DNA from: Fibrobacter sp.
Lineage (GTDB): Bacteria > Fibrobacterota > Fibrobacteria > Fibrobacterales > Fibrobacteraceae
Length of the DNA stretch: 64,000 nucleotides
Direction of reading: 5' to 3'
NCBI GenBank assembly: GCA_024399015.1
Contig: JAKSIC010000002.1
Coordinates: forward strand, 68,732 to 132,731
Part shown: positions 8,722 through 18,057 of the stretch, piece by piece
Layout: each line of letters starts with the position of its first letter
How positions within the stretch are numbered: position 1 is the stretch's first letter
Position numbers and translations under genes: made by a program
The notes under the pieces: generated by a model
The model's database searches: none
The model's input: only the letters and a program-made list of their open reading frames with translations
Told to the model about the DNA's origin: nothing

Positions 8722-8761
8722 AAAAAAGAACCCCGATCCCTGAAGGAACGAGGTTCTTTTT
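8722..8761 (-). terminator. Intrinsic terminator of the sdh operon (possibly bidirectional)
   Basis: AAAAAAGAACCCCGATCC-CTGAA-GGAACGAGGTTCTTTTT; pairs best on the minus strand. Confidence 0.75.
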
Positions 8762-8779
8762 AAACGATCGAGTTTACTA

Positions 8780-8875
8780 CAGGAGGTTAATCCTGGCGCT
8801 GTCACCTTTTCAAGGTTCCAGCGCGGATAACTGCGGTTCGGCAATGACAGCTCGTGCAAGCACGGCTGTCGCTGC
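8780..8875. other. Three-hairpin structured intergenic element (REP-like or small RNA)
   Basis: CAGGA-N6-TCCTG 8780-8795; GCGCTG..ACCTT-TTC-AAGGT..CAGCGC 8796-8824; GCAATGACAGCTCGTGC-AA-GCACGGCTGTCGCTGC 8841-8875. Confidence 0.5.
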
Positions 8876-8885
8876 ACTCACCTTG

Positions 8886-9668
8886 TTAGTCCTTACCATA
8901 AACCTTTTCAGCGTAGGTAGCGGTTGCCATGAGGTATTCGCGGTTCATCTTGGCGATGTAATCCACGGTGATACCCTTCGGGCAAGCAGCCTGGCATTCG
9001 TAAAGGTTGGTGCAGTTACCAAAGCCTTCCTTGTCCATCTGAGCGACCATTGCGAGCACGCGCTTCTTGGCTTCGACCTTGCCCTGGGGCAAGAAGCTGA
9101 GGTGAGAAACCTTGGCAGAGACGAAGAGCATAGCGGAAGCGTTCTTACATGCAGCAACGCAAGCACCGCAACCAACGCAAGCAGCAGCGTCGAATGCGCG
9201 GTCTGCATCAGCCTTGGGAACGGGGATCACGGAAGCTTCGGGAGCGGCACCGGTGTTGACGGAAACGTAGCCGCCAGCAGCGATGATGCGGTCGAATGCG
9301 GAACGGTCCACAGCGCAGTCACGGATAACCGGGAATGCAGCAGCGCGCCACGGTTCGATCACGATGGTATCGCCATCCTTGAACTTACGCATGTGCAGCT
9401 GGCAAGTGGTGATGCCGTGGTCGGGACCATGGGGCATACCGTTGATGACCAGAGAGCACATACCGCAAATGCCTTCGCGGCAGTCGTGGTCGAAAGCGAA
9501 GCCTTCCTTGCCCTGCTTCATCTGTTCTTCGTTGACAATGTCCAGCATTTCCAGGAAGGACATGTCCGGAGAGATACCGGTGGCCTTCACAGTTTCGAAC
9601 TGGCCCTTGGTCTTTGCGTCCTTCTGACGCCAAATCTTCAAAGTCAGATTCATCAAACCGTTGCTCAT
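8886..9668 (-). CDS. sdhB: Succinate dehydrogenase/fumarate reductase iron-sulfur subunit
   Basis: [37 protein letters not shown]. Confidence 0.97.
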   Translation of the reverse strand: MSNGLMNLTLKIWRQKDAKTKGQFETVKATGISPDMSFLEMLDIVNEEQMKQGKEGFAFDHDCREGICGMCSLVINGMPHGPDHGITTCQLHMRKFKDGDTIVIEPWRAAAFPVIRDCAVDRSAFDRIIAAGGYVSVNTGAAPEASVIPVPKADADRAFDAAACVGCGACVAACKNASAMLFVSAKVSHLSFLPQGKVEAKKRVLAMVAQMDKEGFGNCTNLYECQAACPKGITVDYIAKMNREYLMATATYAEKVYGKD

Positions 9669-11581
9669 TATTTGTAGCTCCTAGTAACGAGGTGGACGTT
9701 ATCAAATGTAAGAGGTTCCTTGTGGAGTTCGGGCTTAACATTGTCGCCCTTGAATTCCCAAGCACCGACGTAGCAGAAGTTTTCGTCGTCACGCTTTGCT
9801 TCGCCTTCTTCGGTCTGGCTTTCTTCACGGAAGTGACCGCCGCAAGATTCTTCACGGTGGAGGGCGTCGAGAGTGAGGACTTCTGCGAATTCGAGGAAGT
9901 CAGCCAAACGGCCGGCACGTTCCAGGTTCTGGTTGAAGGAACCTTCGGAGCCAACGACGTTGACGTTTTCGTAGAATTCTTCGCGGAGAGCCGGGATTTC
10001 CTGGAGAGCCTTTTCGAGGCCAGCCTTATTACGGGCCATGCCAACGTATTCCCACATGATGTTACCGAGCTGACGATGGATATCGTTAACAGTGCGGTGA
10101 CCCTTGATGGAAAGGAGCTTCTGGATCTTTTCTGCAGTCTGCTTCTTGCAGTCTTCGAAAGCAGGATCAGATTCGGAAACCTTTTCCAGCTTGGTGCCTG
10201 CGAAGTAGCCACCGATGGTGAACGGAATCACGAAGTAACCATCGGAGAGGCCCTGCATCAAAGCAGAAGCACCGAGACGGTTAGCACCGTGGTCAGAGAA
10301 GTTTGCTTCACCGAGAACGAAGCAGCCCGGGATGGTGGACATCAAATCGTAGTCAACCCACAGACCACCCATGGTGTAGTGGATTGCCGGGAAGATGCGC
10401 ATCGGAACCTTGTACGGGTCTTCGTCAACGATCTTTTCGTACATCTGGAAGAGGTTACCATACTTAGCAGAAACGCCTGCAACGCCCATACGCTTGATAG
10501 CGTCAGCGAAGTCCAGGTAAACTGCAAGGCCGGTGTTGCCTACGCCCATACCGGCGTCGCAAACCTGCTTAGCATTACGGGAAGCCACGTCACGGGGAAC
10601 GAGGTTACCGAAGCTGGGGTACTTTTCTTCGAGGTAGTAGTAACGTTCGTTTTCAGGAATCTGGTCCGGAGAACGCTTGTCGCCCGGCTTACGCGGAACC
10701 CAAATACGACCATCGTTACGCAGAGATTCAGACATCAAAGTCAGCTTGGACTGCAGGTCTCCATGACGGGGCAAGCAAGTCGGGTGAATCTGAGTGTAGC
10801 AGGGGTTAGCAAATGCAGCACCCTTCTTATAAGCGCGGAAAGCTGCAGTGACGTTGGAACCCTGAGCGTTGGTAGAGAGGTAGTAGACGTTACCGTAACC
10901 ACCGGTGCAAAGGCAGACTGCGTCGCCAACGTGGCTTTCGAGTTCGCCAGTAACGAGGTTACGAACGATGATACCGCGAGCCTTACCGTCGACAACGACG
11001 AGGTCCATCATTTCACGACGCGGAAGGAGAGTTACCTTGCCTGCTGCAACCTGGCGCATGAGAGCCTGGTATGCACCGAGGAGGAGCTGCTGACCGGTCT
11101 GACCGCGAGCGTAGAAGGTACGAGAAACCTGGGTACCACCGAAGGAACGGTTGTCCAGGAGGCCACCGTATTCACGGCCGAAGGGAACACCCTGAGCAAC
11201 GCACTGGTCGATGATCAAGTTGGAGTTTTCGGCGAGACGATGAACGTTGGCTTCACGAGCGCGGAAGTCACCGCCCTTAACGGTATCGTAGAAAAGACGA
11301 TAGACAGAGTCACCATCGTTCTTATAGCTCTTAGCAGCATTGATACCACCCTGGGCAGCAATGGAGTGAGCACGACGGGGAGAGTCCTGAATGCAGAAGG
11401 ACTTCACATTGTAGCCCAGTTCTGCAAGAGAAGCTGCAGCGGAAGCACCAGCAAGACCGGTACCCACCACGAGAACGGTGAACTTACGCTTGTTAGCCGG
11501 GTTCACGAGCTTCAATTCAAACTTATGCTTGGTCCACTTTTCGGAAATGGAACCACCAGGAATTTTAGAATCGAGAATCAT
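9668..11581 (-). CDS. sdhA: Succinate dehydrogenase/fumarate reductase flavoprotein subunit
   Basis: [22 protein letters not shown] (covalent-FAD His), [29 protein letters not shown]. Confidence 0.97.
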   Translation of the reverse strand: MILDSKIPGGSISEKWTKHKFELKLVNPANKRKFTVLVVGTGLAGASAAASLAELGYNVKSFCIQDSPRRAHSIAAQGGINAAKSYKNDGDSVYRLFYDTVKGGDFRAREANVHRLAENSNLIIDQCVAQGVPFGREYGGLLDNRSFGGTQVSRTFYARGQTGQQLLLGAYQALMRQVAAGKVTLLPRREMMDLVVVDGKARGIIVRNLVTGELESHVGDAVCLCTGGYGNVYYLSTNAQGSNVTAAFRAYKKGAAFANPCYTQIHPTCLPRHGDLQSKLTLMSESLRNDGRIWVPRKPGDKRSPDQIPENERYYYLEEKYPSFGNLVPRDVASRNAKQVCDAGMGVGNTGLAVYLDFADAIKRMGVAGVSAKYGNLFQMYEKIVDEDPYKVPMRIFPAIHYTMGGLWVDYDLMSTIPGCFVLGEANFSDHGANRLGASALMQGLSDGYFVIPFTIGGYFAGTKLEKVSESDPAFEDCKKQTAEKIQKLLSIKGHRTVNDIHRQLGNIMWEYVGMARNKAGLEKALQEIPALREEFYENVNVVGSEGSFNQNLERAGRLADFLEFAEVLTLDALHREESCGGHFREESQTEEGEAKRDDENFCYVGAWEFKGDNVKPELHKEPLTFDNVHLVTRSYK

Positions 11582-11596
11582 TAGTTATGGTCTCCA

Positions 11597-12433
11597 TTAA
11601 ACGTTGGTGGAAATGATGCCGACAGAGGGAACGACGAAAGAAGTCTTGGCTTCGGAAGCGGCCTTCTTCTGTTCCAGCTGCTGCTGGATTTCATGAGACT
11701 TGGCGCGGAGAGCTTCGGTTTCCGGCTGATGTGCGATGTAGCAGGAGAATGCCGCCTGAGCAGCAAAGCACAGAGCAACAATCACGCTATAGACGATACC
11801 GAACTTGTCAATGATCGGAGTCCACTTCTGGTGAGCGAGACCGAGGGTCTGGAAAGCAGAAGCGATAGCGTGGAAGAGGTGAGTACCAACAGAGAACAAG
11901 GCAACCAGGTAGAACACGGTCCAAACCGGGTTTGCAAACATGTCAATGGTGGTGAGCCACATGTCGCGGACGATTTCGCCAGCTTCGTTGACATAGAGGT
12001 AATGTTCACCGAACTTGAGAGTGGAGAGATGCTGGATGAGGAAGCCAACGATGATGAGGCCGGTCCAGATCATGGTGAAAGTTGCGAAAGTCTTGTTACC
12101 CTTGCGAGCGTTGACTTCGTAACCCACGTTACCACGAGCAGCCTTGTTTTCGAGCTTCAGCTTGATAGCAAGACCAATGTGGGTTGCAAAAGCTGCAATC
12201 AGAACCAATTCTACGAGGTAGATCAGCTTAATCGGGAAGTGCAGCGGATTGAAGCCGGTCAGGAATTCAGTATAGGCGTTGTAGGAAGCCTGTGCTGCAG
12301 CCTGGTCGAAGTTCAAAAGCTGGAAGTTACCACACATGTGGCCGGTGACGAACAGTACGAGGAACGCACCTGTACATCCCATGATCTGCTTCTTACCAAT
12401 GGAAGAAGTAAGATACTTGATGATCCATTTCAT
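11597..12433 (-). CDS. sdhC: Succinate dehydrogenase cytochrome b subunit (single anchor)
   Basis: SSIGKKQIMG, GHMCGN, HIGLA, QHL, HLFHAIASAFQTLG; several TM helices with four heme His. Confidence 0.93.
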   Translation of the reverse strand: MKWIIKYLTSSIGKKQIMGCTGAFLVLFVTGHMCGNFQLLNFDQAAAQASYNAYTEFLTGFNPLHFPIKLIYLVELVLIAAFATHIGLAIKLKLENKAARGNVGYEVNARKGNKTFATFTMIWTGLIIVGFLIQHLSTLKFGEHYLYVNEAGEIVRDMWLTTIDMFANPVWTVFYLVALFSVGTHLFHAIASAFQTLGLAHQKWTPIIDKFGIVYSVIVALCFAAQAAFSCYIAHQPETEALRAKSHEIQQQLEQKKAASEAKTSFVVPSVGIISTNV

Positions 12434-12492
12434 TGTTTTGTGTCTCCTTGAGGGGGGTCTTTTTTAGTTGATTTTAAAATCTTGAACTGCCA

Positions 12493-12945
12493 TTAGAGGA
12501 TGCAGCAAGCCTTCTTGCTTGCAGCTTCGTAGGCATAGCGTTCCTTCTTTTCGAACCAGAAGTCCAGTTCACGCTTTGCGCTCTTGGGGCTATCGGAGCT
12601 GTGGACAACATTTTCGGTCATGGAAGGAGCAAAATCGTAGCGGAGGGTACCCGGTTCTGCCTTAGCCGGATTGGTGGCACCGTTAATAGCGCGAACCTTG
12701 GCAATGGCATTTTCGCCACCCAGAGCGAGCATCACGGACGGGCCCTTAGTCATGTAGGCTTCCAGTTCCGGGAAGAAGGGCTTCTTCACGTGTTCTGCGT
12801 AGAAACCGCGAGCGTCCTTCTTGGACATCTGGTGCATCTTGATAGCGCAGACGGACAGGCCTGCAGCTTCATAGCGGGCAATAATCTGACCAACCAAGCC
12901 GGACTTAACGGCATTGGGCTTGATCATAGCGAACGTCATTTCCAT
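12493..12945 (-). CDS. ndk: Nucleoside diphosphate kinase
   Basis: TFAMIKPNAV, GATNPAKAEPGTLR, ENVVHSSDS. Confidence 0.97.
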   Translation of the reverse strand: MEMTFAMIKPNAVKSGLVGQIIARYEAAGLSVCAIKMHQMSKKDARGFYAEHVKKPFFPELEAYMTKGPSVMLALGGENAIAKVRAINGATNPAKAEPGTLRYDFAPSMTENVVHSSDSPKSAKRELDFWFEKKERYAYEAASKKACCIL

Positions 12946-13060
12946 GGTATACCACCTTTTATTGTGAGTGCGTTAAATATAAATAATCGGTTGCTCAGAA
13001 ACGCCTTTGCAAGCATTAAATAAGGGGCGAAAATCCCTTATTTTGAGCCATTTTTCAAAA

Positions 13061-15145
13061 TTACTGTTCTGTATTGATCTTCTGGAGGAGGTCCTCGGCC
13101 AACTTACCGTTGGATTCGATATTCTTCACCAACCAATCGGCGGATTCCTTCAGTTCGCTGTTCGGATACTTGGCCTGGAATTCACGGAAGACTTCCAAAG
13201 CAACGCTATCCATACCCAGGTTTTCAGTCAGGATGAAACCACGGCTGAACATGGCCTTTTCTGCATTTTCATTTTCAGGCCACATGCGGTAGAAGGCGTA
13301 GTATTCAGCTTCGGCATCCAAATATTCTTCGTTTTCATTCTGAATCTGGGCCATTTCGTAGGCCACCTTCTGGAACAAGGCGTCATCATCCGGGAAAGCG
13401 TACATCACGTCGCGATATACGTAATATGCCTTGCTGCGATTTCCTGCCTTGTACAAAGAATCTGCACGAGCCAACATTTTGTCGGCCACCGTGGGAACGT
13501 TATACTGGGGAACATCTTCACCATAGAAGTGAGCAGAAACCTTGTTGTAGACTTCTGCAGATACACGCTTGACCCTAGCAGATTCAACTTCCTCTTGTCT
13601 GTGGTAATAAATCTGAGGAACAGCGCTATCATAGGTCTGGCCTCTGTAAATCATACGATAGCCAAAGAAGTAGTCGTGCAGGTACATATTCTTCGGGAAG
13701 GAAGCCACCAGGCGAAGATCGTCCTTAGCTTGTTCGAAATCATATCCTTGATGAATGGGAGAACCCATACGGTCATACATGCTCTTGAGCGTATCTTCAG
13801 GAATGTTCTTCATTCCTCGAGTCAGTTCCATGTAACGATCGAAGATGTAGTTCCAGCGGGTGGTACGATAGACTGCCTTGTATTCCCAGCTAAGGTTCAA
13901 CTTATGTTCAAGAGCCAGATCCGCATAGGCAAAGGCTTCAGCAACCATTTTCACCATACGATCGTGGGTACGGCCATCCAAGCGACGATTGCCAAAATAC
14001 TGCTTGTTAAAGCGAGCCAAGTCTCCTTCAGAGAACAGCACCTTGCCATCCTTCATGATCAAGGCATAAGAAGAGTCAACATCAATTACGGCACCATTTT
14101 CGATATCGTTCTTGATGTTTTTTTCTACACGGTCATAGGGTTTGACTTGACTTGCAACATTTTCAGCAAGGAAGAATCTCTGGAAGCTAGAATCCTTTTC
14201 TGTACGGAACACGGGGGAAATAAAGCCTGTACTCTTTCCCTTCAAAGCTTCGTCAAGACCTTCAATCATGCCGATTCCGTACGGAAGGGCAAAGCCTTGC
14301 TTCACGTGACCCACAAGGCCGCTATCCTTTGCGGTGAACTTGTTCTGGTTCAAGGAATTTGCGAGCTTCTTGAATTCTTCAAGAGTTGCATTTTCATTCA
14401 CCTTGGAGGCCAAGGCAGCGGAGTCCTTCATCTGAATATGGTAAAGCACATAGCCCGGAGCGGTCTTGTACTCATCCTTGTGAGCTTCGTAGTAGGACTT
14501 CGGTTCCGGGGCAGGAAGGCTCTGCAAATTGATGTGGCGCTTTTCAATGATACCATTGGTGAATTCTTCACGCATTGCCTGACGCTTTACATCAACAAAT
14601 TGGCGCTGAACCGCAGCCGTATCAATTTTTCCATCCTGTTTTTTTGCAACTTCTGCAGCATAGGCGTTAAATTCATCCTGATGCTTGGAAAGGAAATATT
14701 GACCTGCCACATCACCACGAACGCTGTAGAAATCGCCTGTAGAATCATTGGGGAAAAGAGACTTATTTGCTTCGTAGAAGCGGCGCAGTTCAGAATCAGA
14801 ATACATCATGCATTCGGAAACGTAGTAGCGCTGGAACACCATCATCAGGATTCGAGAATCAATATCCTTGAAATACTCATTCCACTGTTCCTCGATTTCG
14901 GGGTATTCCTTGAAGGCAACAGAAGATACAGCAGCCTTGGAAAGCAAATCGGTATAAACGTTTTCATCCCAGAATCTATGGGAATTGACCGAAGTCATCT
15001 TCAGGAGGGTCAAGTCTTCCTTATAAACACTTTCATCATTGAAACGGGCAACAAGGTGTTCCTTACCACCAATTCCATTACAACCAGACAATGCGGCAGC
15101 AGATAATGCACACCATGCGGACAAGACTAAAGTACGAACTTTCAT
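13061..15145 (-). CDS. Lipoprotein with SurA/PpiC-like region and C-terminal TPR (BamD-like)
   Basis: Lipobox LSGC; LVARFNDESVYKEDL; SGLVGHV..GFISPVFRT; TPR pattern YYAFYRMWPENENAEKAMFSRGFIL..FQAKYPNSEL. Confidence 0.6.
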   Translation of the reverse strand: MKVRTLVLSAWCALSAAALSGCNGIGGKEHLVARFNDESVYKEDLTLLKMTSVNSHRFWDENVYTDLLSKAAVSSVAFKEYPEIEEQWNEYFKDIDSRILMMVFQRYYVSECMMYSDSELRRFYEANKSLFPNDSTGDFYSVRGDVAGQYFLSKHQDEFNAYAAEVAKKQDGKIDTAAVQRQFVDVKRQAMREEFTNGIIEKRHINLQSLPAPEPKSYYEAHKDEYKTAPGYVLYHIQMKDSAALASKVNENATLEEFKKLANSLNQNKFTAKDSGLVGHVKQGFALPYGIGMIEGLDEALKGKSTGFISPVFRTEKDSSFQRFFLAENVASQVKPYDRVEKNIKNDIENGAVIDVDSSYALIMKDGKVLFSEGDLARFNKQYFGNRRLDGRTHDRMVKMVAEAFAYADLALEHKLNLSWEYKAVYRTTRWNYIFDRYMELTRGMKNIPEDTLKSMYDRMGSPIHQGYDFEQAKDDLRLVASFPKNMYLHDYFFGYRMIYRGQTYDSAVPQIYYHRQEEVESARVKRVSAEVYNKVSAHFYGEDVPQYNVPTVADKMLARADSLYKAGNRSKAYYVYRDVMYAFPDDDALFQKVAYEMAQIQNENEEYLDAEAEYYAFYRMWPENENAEKAMFSRGFILTENLGMDSVALEVFREFQAKYPNSELKESADWLVKNIESNGKLAEDLLQKINTEQ

Positions 15146-15470
15146 CAGAATCCCTTAAAATTTCAGTTGAAACAAACCCATCCTCTGCTAGCGGATAGCA
15201 CTATAGATTCAGGAGTCTGCACTTTTCTAGGCTTTGCGAAAATAGAAAAAACTTTGATTTTTCATTTTGGATGATCCACAAAACACCCCTTTTTCAGCAA
15301 TATCCTACAAAAGAACATTCTGTTAAGCCAGCCGTTTGTATCCACATTTTTACACAACTGGGCTAGGCATATCTAAAAAAAATTTAGCCTCGAAAACGCC
15401 CCTTTTTCCAGCAAAACTTTGTTCTAAAAAAACTATATTTCCAGCGGTTGTTTAATTAGGATTTATCCAC

Positions 15471-17138
15471 ATGAAATTATCACGCGGAACATTACTCCTT
15501 TTATCTGGTTTGTCTTCTTTTGCTATGGCTGAGGAGGCATCCCACGCCGCCAATATTTTTGTGCAAGATCCCGCACTGTTCCACCGTCGCCAAGCGGAAT
15601 TGCAGAAAATCCAAAGCAACCTTGGTTCCAGCAACGAAGCCTTGGAAGCGTTGCTTGCCGACGCCGACAAAATCGCAAAGAAAAGTGATCAGTGTGCTAC
15701 CATCAGCATCAACGACGTGCTGGATGAAACTTGCTGGAACTTTTATGAAGTGGAATTGCCCGCCTTCGAAGAAAACTACATGAAGGTGACCGGTGAACTC
15801 CGCCTCGGCTACATGGAAACCGCACGAGGACTGGAAGATAGACGCACCCAGATCGATGCCTGCGCCGACGCATTTTTCAGTTTTATCAATTCCAAGGATG
15901 AAAGCGTAAATCTCGACGGTGCTGTTTTTCTGGAACCGTTGACCCAGGGCTTTGAAGCAAACTACAATTTCACATTGCAATACGAGCCTAGCCTACGCAA
16001 ACGCACCTTGGAAATAGCCCAGCAGTGGGGCGAGACTTGCCAGGACATGGTCATCCGTCGCAACGACGCCAGTTTCGCACCCTACTTCATTGAACGAATC
16101 AACAACATGAACAAGGAACTTCAGGATAAAGGTTCCTTGGCCGTCATCAAGATTGATTCTTCCTCCACCCCCACCATCTACCTCGACATCTCCAAGCCTG
16201 TACGCGGCGCCTACTACCTGAACGGAGTCAAGCTGTTTCACACCCGCATTGCTTCTAGCTCTGCAGATAAGAGCAACCTTCGAATTTCCTTCACAAAGGC
16301 TGGTGTTCTTGCCGGTGGCGAAACCGCTATTACAAAAAATGACGGAACTCCAATTCAATACAAGGGCGTAGTCAAGTTTGACAAGACCGCAGAAAAAGTG
16401 AATGGTCGCTTGTTCTGGGAAAACAACGCCCACACCGAAGGCATGGATTTTGGACCGGATTACGATGAAGACTCCCTAGCCGTAGCCAAGGCCGTCCAAG
16501 CGGAAGAAGAAAAGATTGTCGCCGAAAACAAGGCTGCAGAAAAGCATGCCGAAGCAGACAAACGTAAGGGTCTACATTTCTCGTTCTGGGCTGGACTCAC
16601 AAATGACATTGTCGCCTACACCGACGAATCCGTTTGCGGCCCCATGTTCATGAATCGTAAAACAAAGGAAGTCAACAAATTCGACAACGACGGACTTAGT
16701 TGCTACAACGTTGCAAATTCAGACAACAACCTGGCTTCTCCCAAATACTATTTCTACATGCCGGACATTGCCGCAGCAGCACGAATCCGTTATAACTTCG
16801 GCCAAGACGGAAACTTCTTTGCCACCGCAGGTGTTGGCGCAATGTTTGGCCTAGCCGTTGCTGAAACAGTAAAGACAGACGTTGTGACAAAAGGCAGTAA
16901 CGACAAGAACATCAAGCGAGTCTACGGAGGCCTTCTTGCACAGCTCGAGGCGGGCTACAATGACTTCGGGATCCGCGAAACAATCATTTTCCCGATTAAC
17001 ATAGACGAAGGTCCATACTGGACGCAGTTCCGTACAGGCGGTTTCTATGATTTCGGGCTGCTGAACATTGAACTTGGTTACACAATCATCATGAATGCAG
17101 GTTCCGGCTTCTATGCAGGACTCGGCAAAACATTCTAG
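15471..17138 (+). CDS. Secreted hypothetical protein with probable C-terminal outer-membrane beta-barrel
   Basis: Signal peptide, helical N-terminus, amphipathic strands at the C-terminus ending FYAGLGKTF. Confidence 0.6.
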   Translation: MKLSRGTLLLLSGLSSFAMAEEASHAANIFVQDPALFHRRQAELQKIQSNLGSSNEALEALLADADKIAKKSDQCATISINDVLDETCWNFYEVELPAFEENYMKVTGELRLGYMETARGLEDRRTQIDACADAFFSFINSKDESVNLDGAVFLEPLTQGFEANYNFTLQYEPSLRKRTLEIAQQWGETCQDMVIRRNDASFAPYFIERINNMNKELQDKGSLAVIKIDSSSTPTIYLDISKPVRGAYYLNGVKLFHTRIASSSADKSNLRISFTKAGVLAGGETAITKNDGTPIQYKGVVKFDKTAEKVNGRLFWENNAHTEGMDFGPDYDEDSLAVAKAVQAEEEKIVAENKAAEKHAEADKRKGLHFSFWAGLTNDIVAYTDESVCGPMFMNRKTKEVNKFDNDGLSCYNVANSDNNLASPKYYFYMPDIAAAARIRYNFGQDGNFFATAGVGAMFGLAVAETVKTDVVTKGSNDKNIKRVYGGLLAQLEAGYNDFGIRETIIFPINIDEGPYWTQFRTGGFYDFGLLNIELGYTIIMNAGSGFYAGLGKTF

Positions 17139-17150
17139 GAGAGAGAGATA

Positions 17151-17873
17151 ATGAATAAAATTTACTTCGCATTGGCCCTTGGAGCAGCACTCGCCGCCTG
17201 CACCACCGCAGAAGACAATCCCGCCAGCAGCGGCAACGGTGGTAACAGCGGCGAACAGACAACCAGCTTTGCCAAGATTGATGTCGTTGTCGGCACCTTG
17301 GAAGATGCCCGCGATGGCAAGACTTACAAGACCGTCAAGATCAATGACCAGAACTGGATGGCAGAAAACCTGAACTACGCCATCGACAGCAGCTTCTGCC
17401 CCATGGGTATTCCCGAAAACTGCGACAAGTTCGGCAGACTCTACACCTGGGCCGTTGCCATGGACTCCTCCGAAACTGTTCCCTGCGGCAACAAGACCCT
17501 TTGCGACTTGGCCGATTCCTTGACCCAACCCATCGTTCGCGGCATTTGCCCCGAAGGTTGGCACCTGCCCACCGACAACGATTGGGACACCCTGATTGAA
17601 GCCACCGGCGACGTAGCACATGCAGCCAAGGCTCTTAAGTCCAAGGAAGTCTGGACCGTGGATGCTGGCGTAGACCAGTATCAGTTCAACGTCATTCCCA
17701 CAGGCAACCGCAGCGCCGACGGAAATTTCTACGAATATGACGCTCATTTCTGGTCTTCTACAGAATCCACCAAGACCAGTGCATGCGGCCGTTTCATTGA
17801 CCGAGATTACGCTGTAAAGCACCGCTCCGGCGACAAGAAGCAGGCTCGTTCCGTTCGCTGCATCCAAGACTAA
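17151..17873 (+). CDS. FISUMP domain lipoprotein
   Basis: Lipobox LAAC; DARDGKTYKTVKINDQNWMAENLNY, FGRLYTW, GICPEGWHLP, FWSSTE, SVRCIQD. Confidence 0.93.
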   Translation: MNKIYFALALGAALAACTTAEDNPASSGNGGNSGEQTTSFAKIDVVVGTLEDARDGKTYKTVKINDQNWMAENLNYAIDSSFCPMGIPENCDKFGRLYTWAVAMDSSETVPCGNKTLCDLADSLTQPIVRGICPEGWHLPTDNDWDTLIEATGDVAHAAKALKSKEVWTVDAGVDQYQFNVIPTGNRSADGNFYEYDAHFWSSTESTKTSACGRFIDRDYAVKHRSGDKKQARSVRCIQD

Positions 17874-17969
17874 ATCTAAAGCATCTAAATACGCGAAATT
17901 TGCTAGAAAGTGTGGCGGCCGCTGCATTTTCTAGTGCACGTATTTTCACTAATTAGGGTTAGGCGTTCG

Positions 17970-17994
17970 TAACTCGTTGAGTATCAACGATTTA
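17970..17994. promoter_or_regulatory. 25-bp palindrome, copy 1
   Basis: TAACTCGTTGA-GTA-TCAACGATTTA; 22/25 identical to 26308-26332. Confidence 0.6.
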
Positions 17995-18057
17995 TGGGGT
18001 GTTTTAGGGTCTACTGAAATCGCTCCAGGCCTTATAAATTCTATAATATGGGCTAAG

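Noticed and set aside
9614-15106. Long plus-strand ORFs 9614-11584 and 13007-15106
   Set aside because: Antisense shadows of sdhA and the TPR lipoprotein; no motifs, and explained by codon bias of the real genes.
15146-15470. oriC
   Set aside because: Only two consensus-level DnaA boxes, no dnaA/dnaN/gidA nearby and no clear unwinding-element repeats; kept only as a low-interest finding.
17977-18057. ORF-track 5' extension of tamB (similar extensions for hipB, M32, uvrA, both CE12, PL11, FISUMP)
   Set aside because: Extensions run through promoter or palindrome DNA and lack RBS support; downstream starts give proper signal or anchor sequences.
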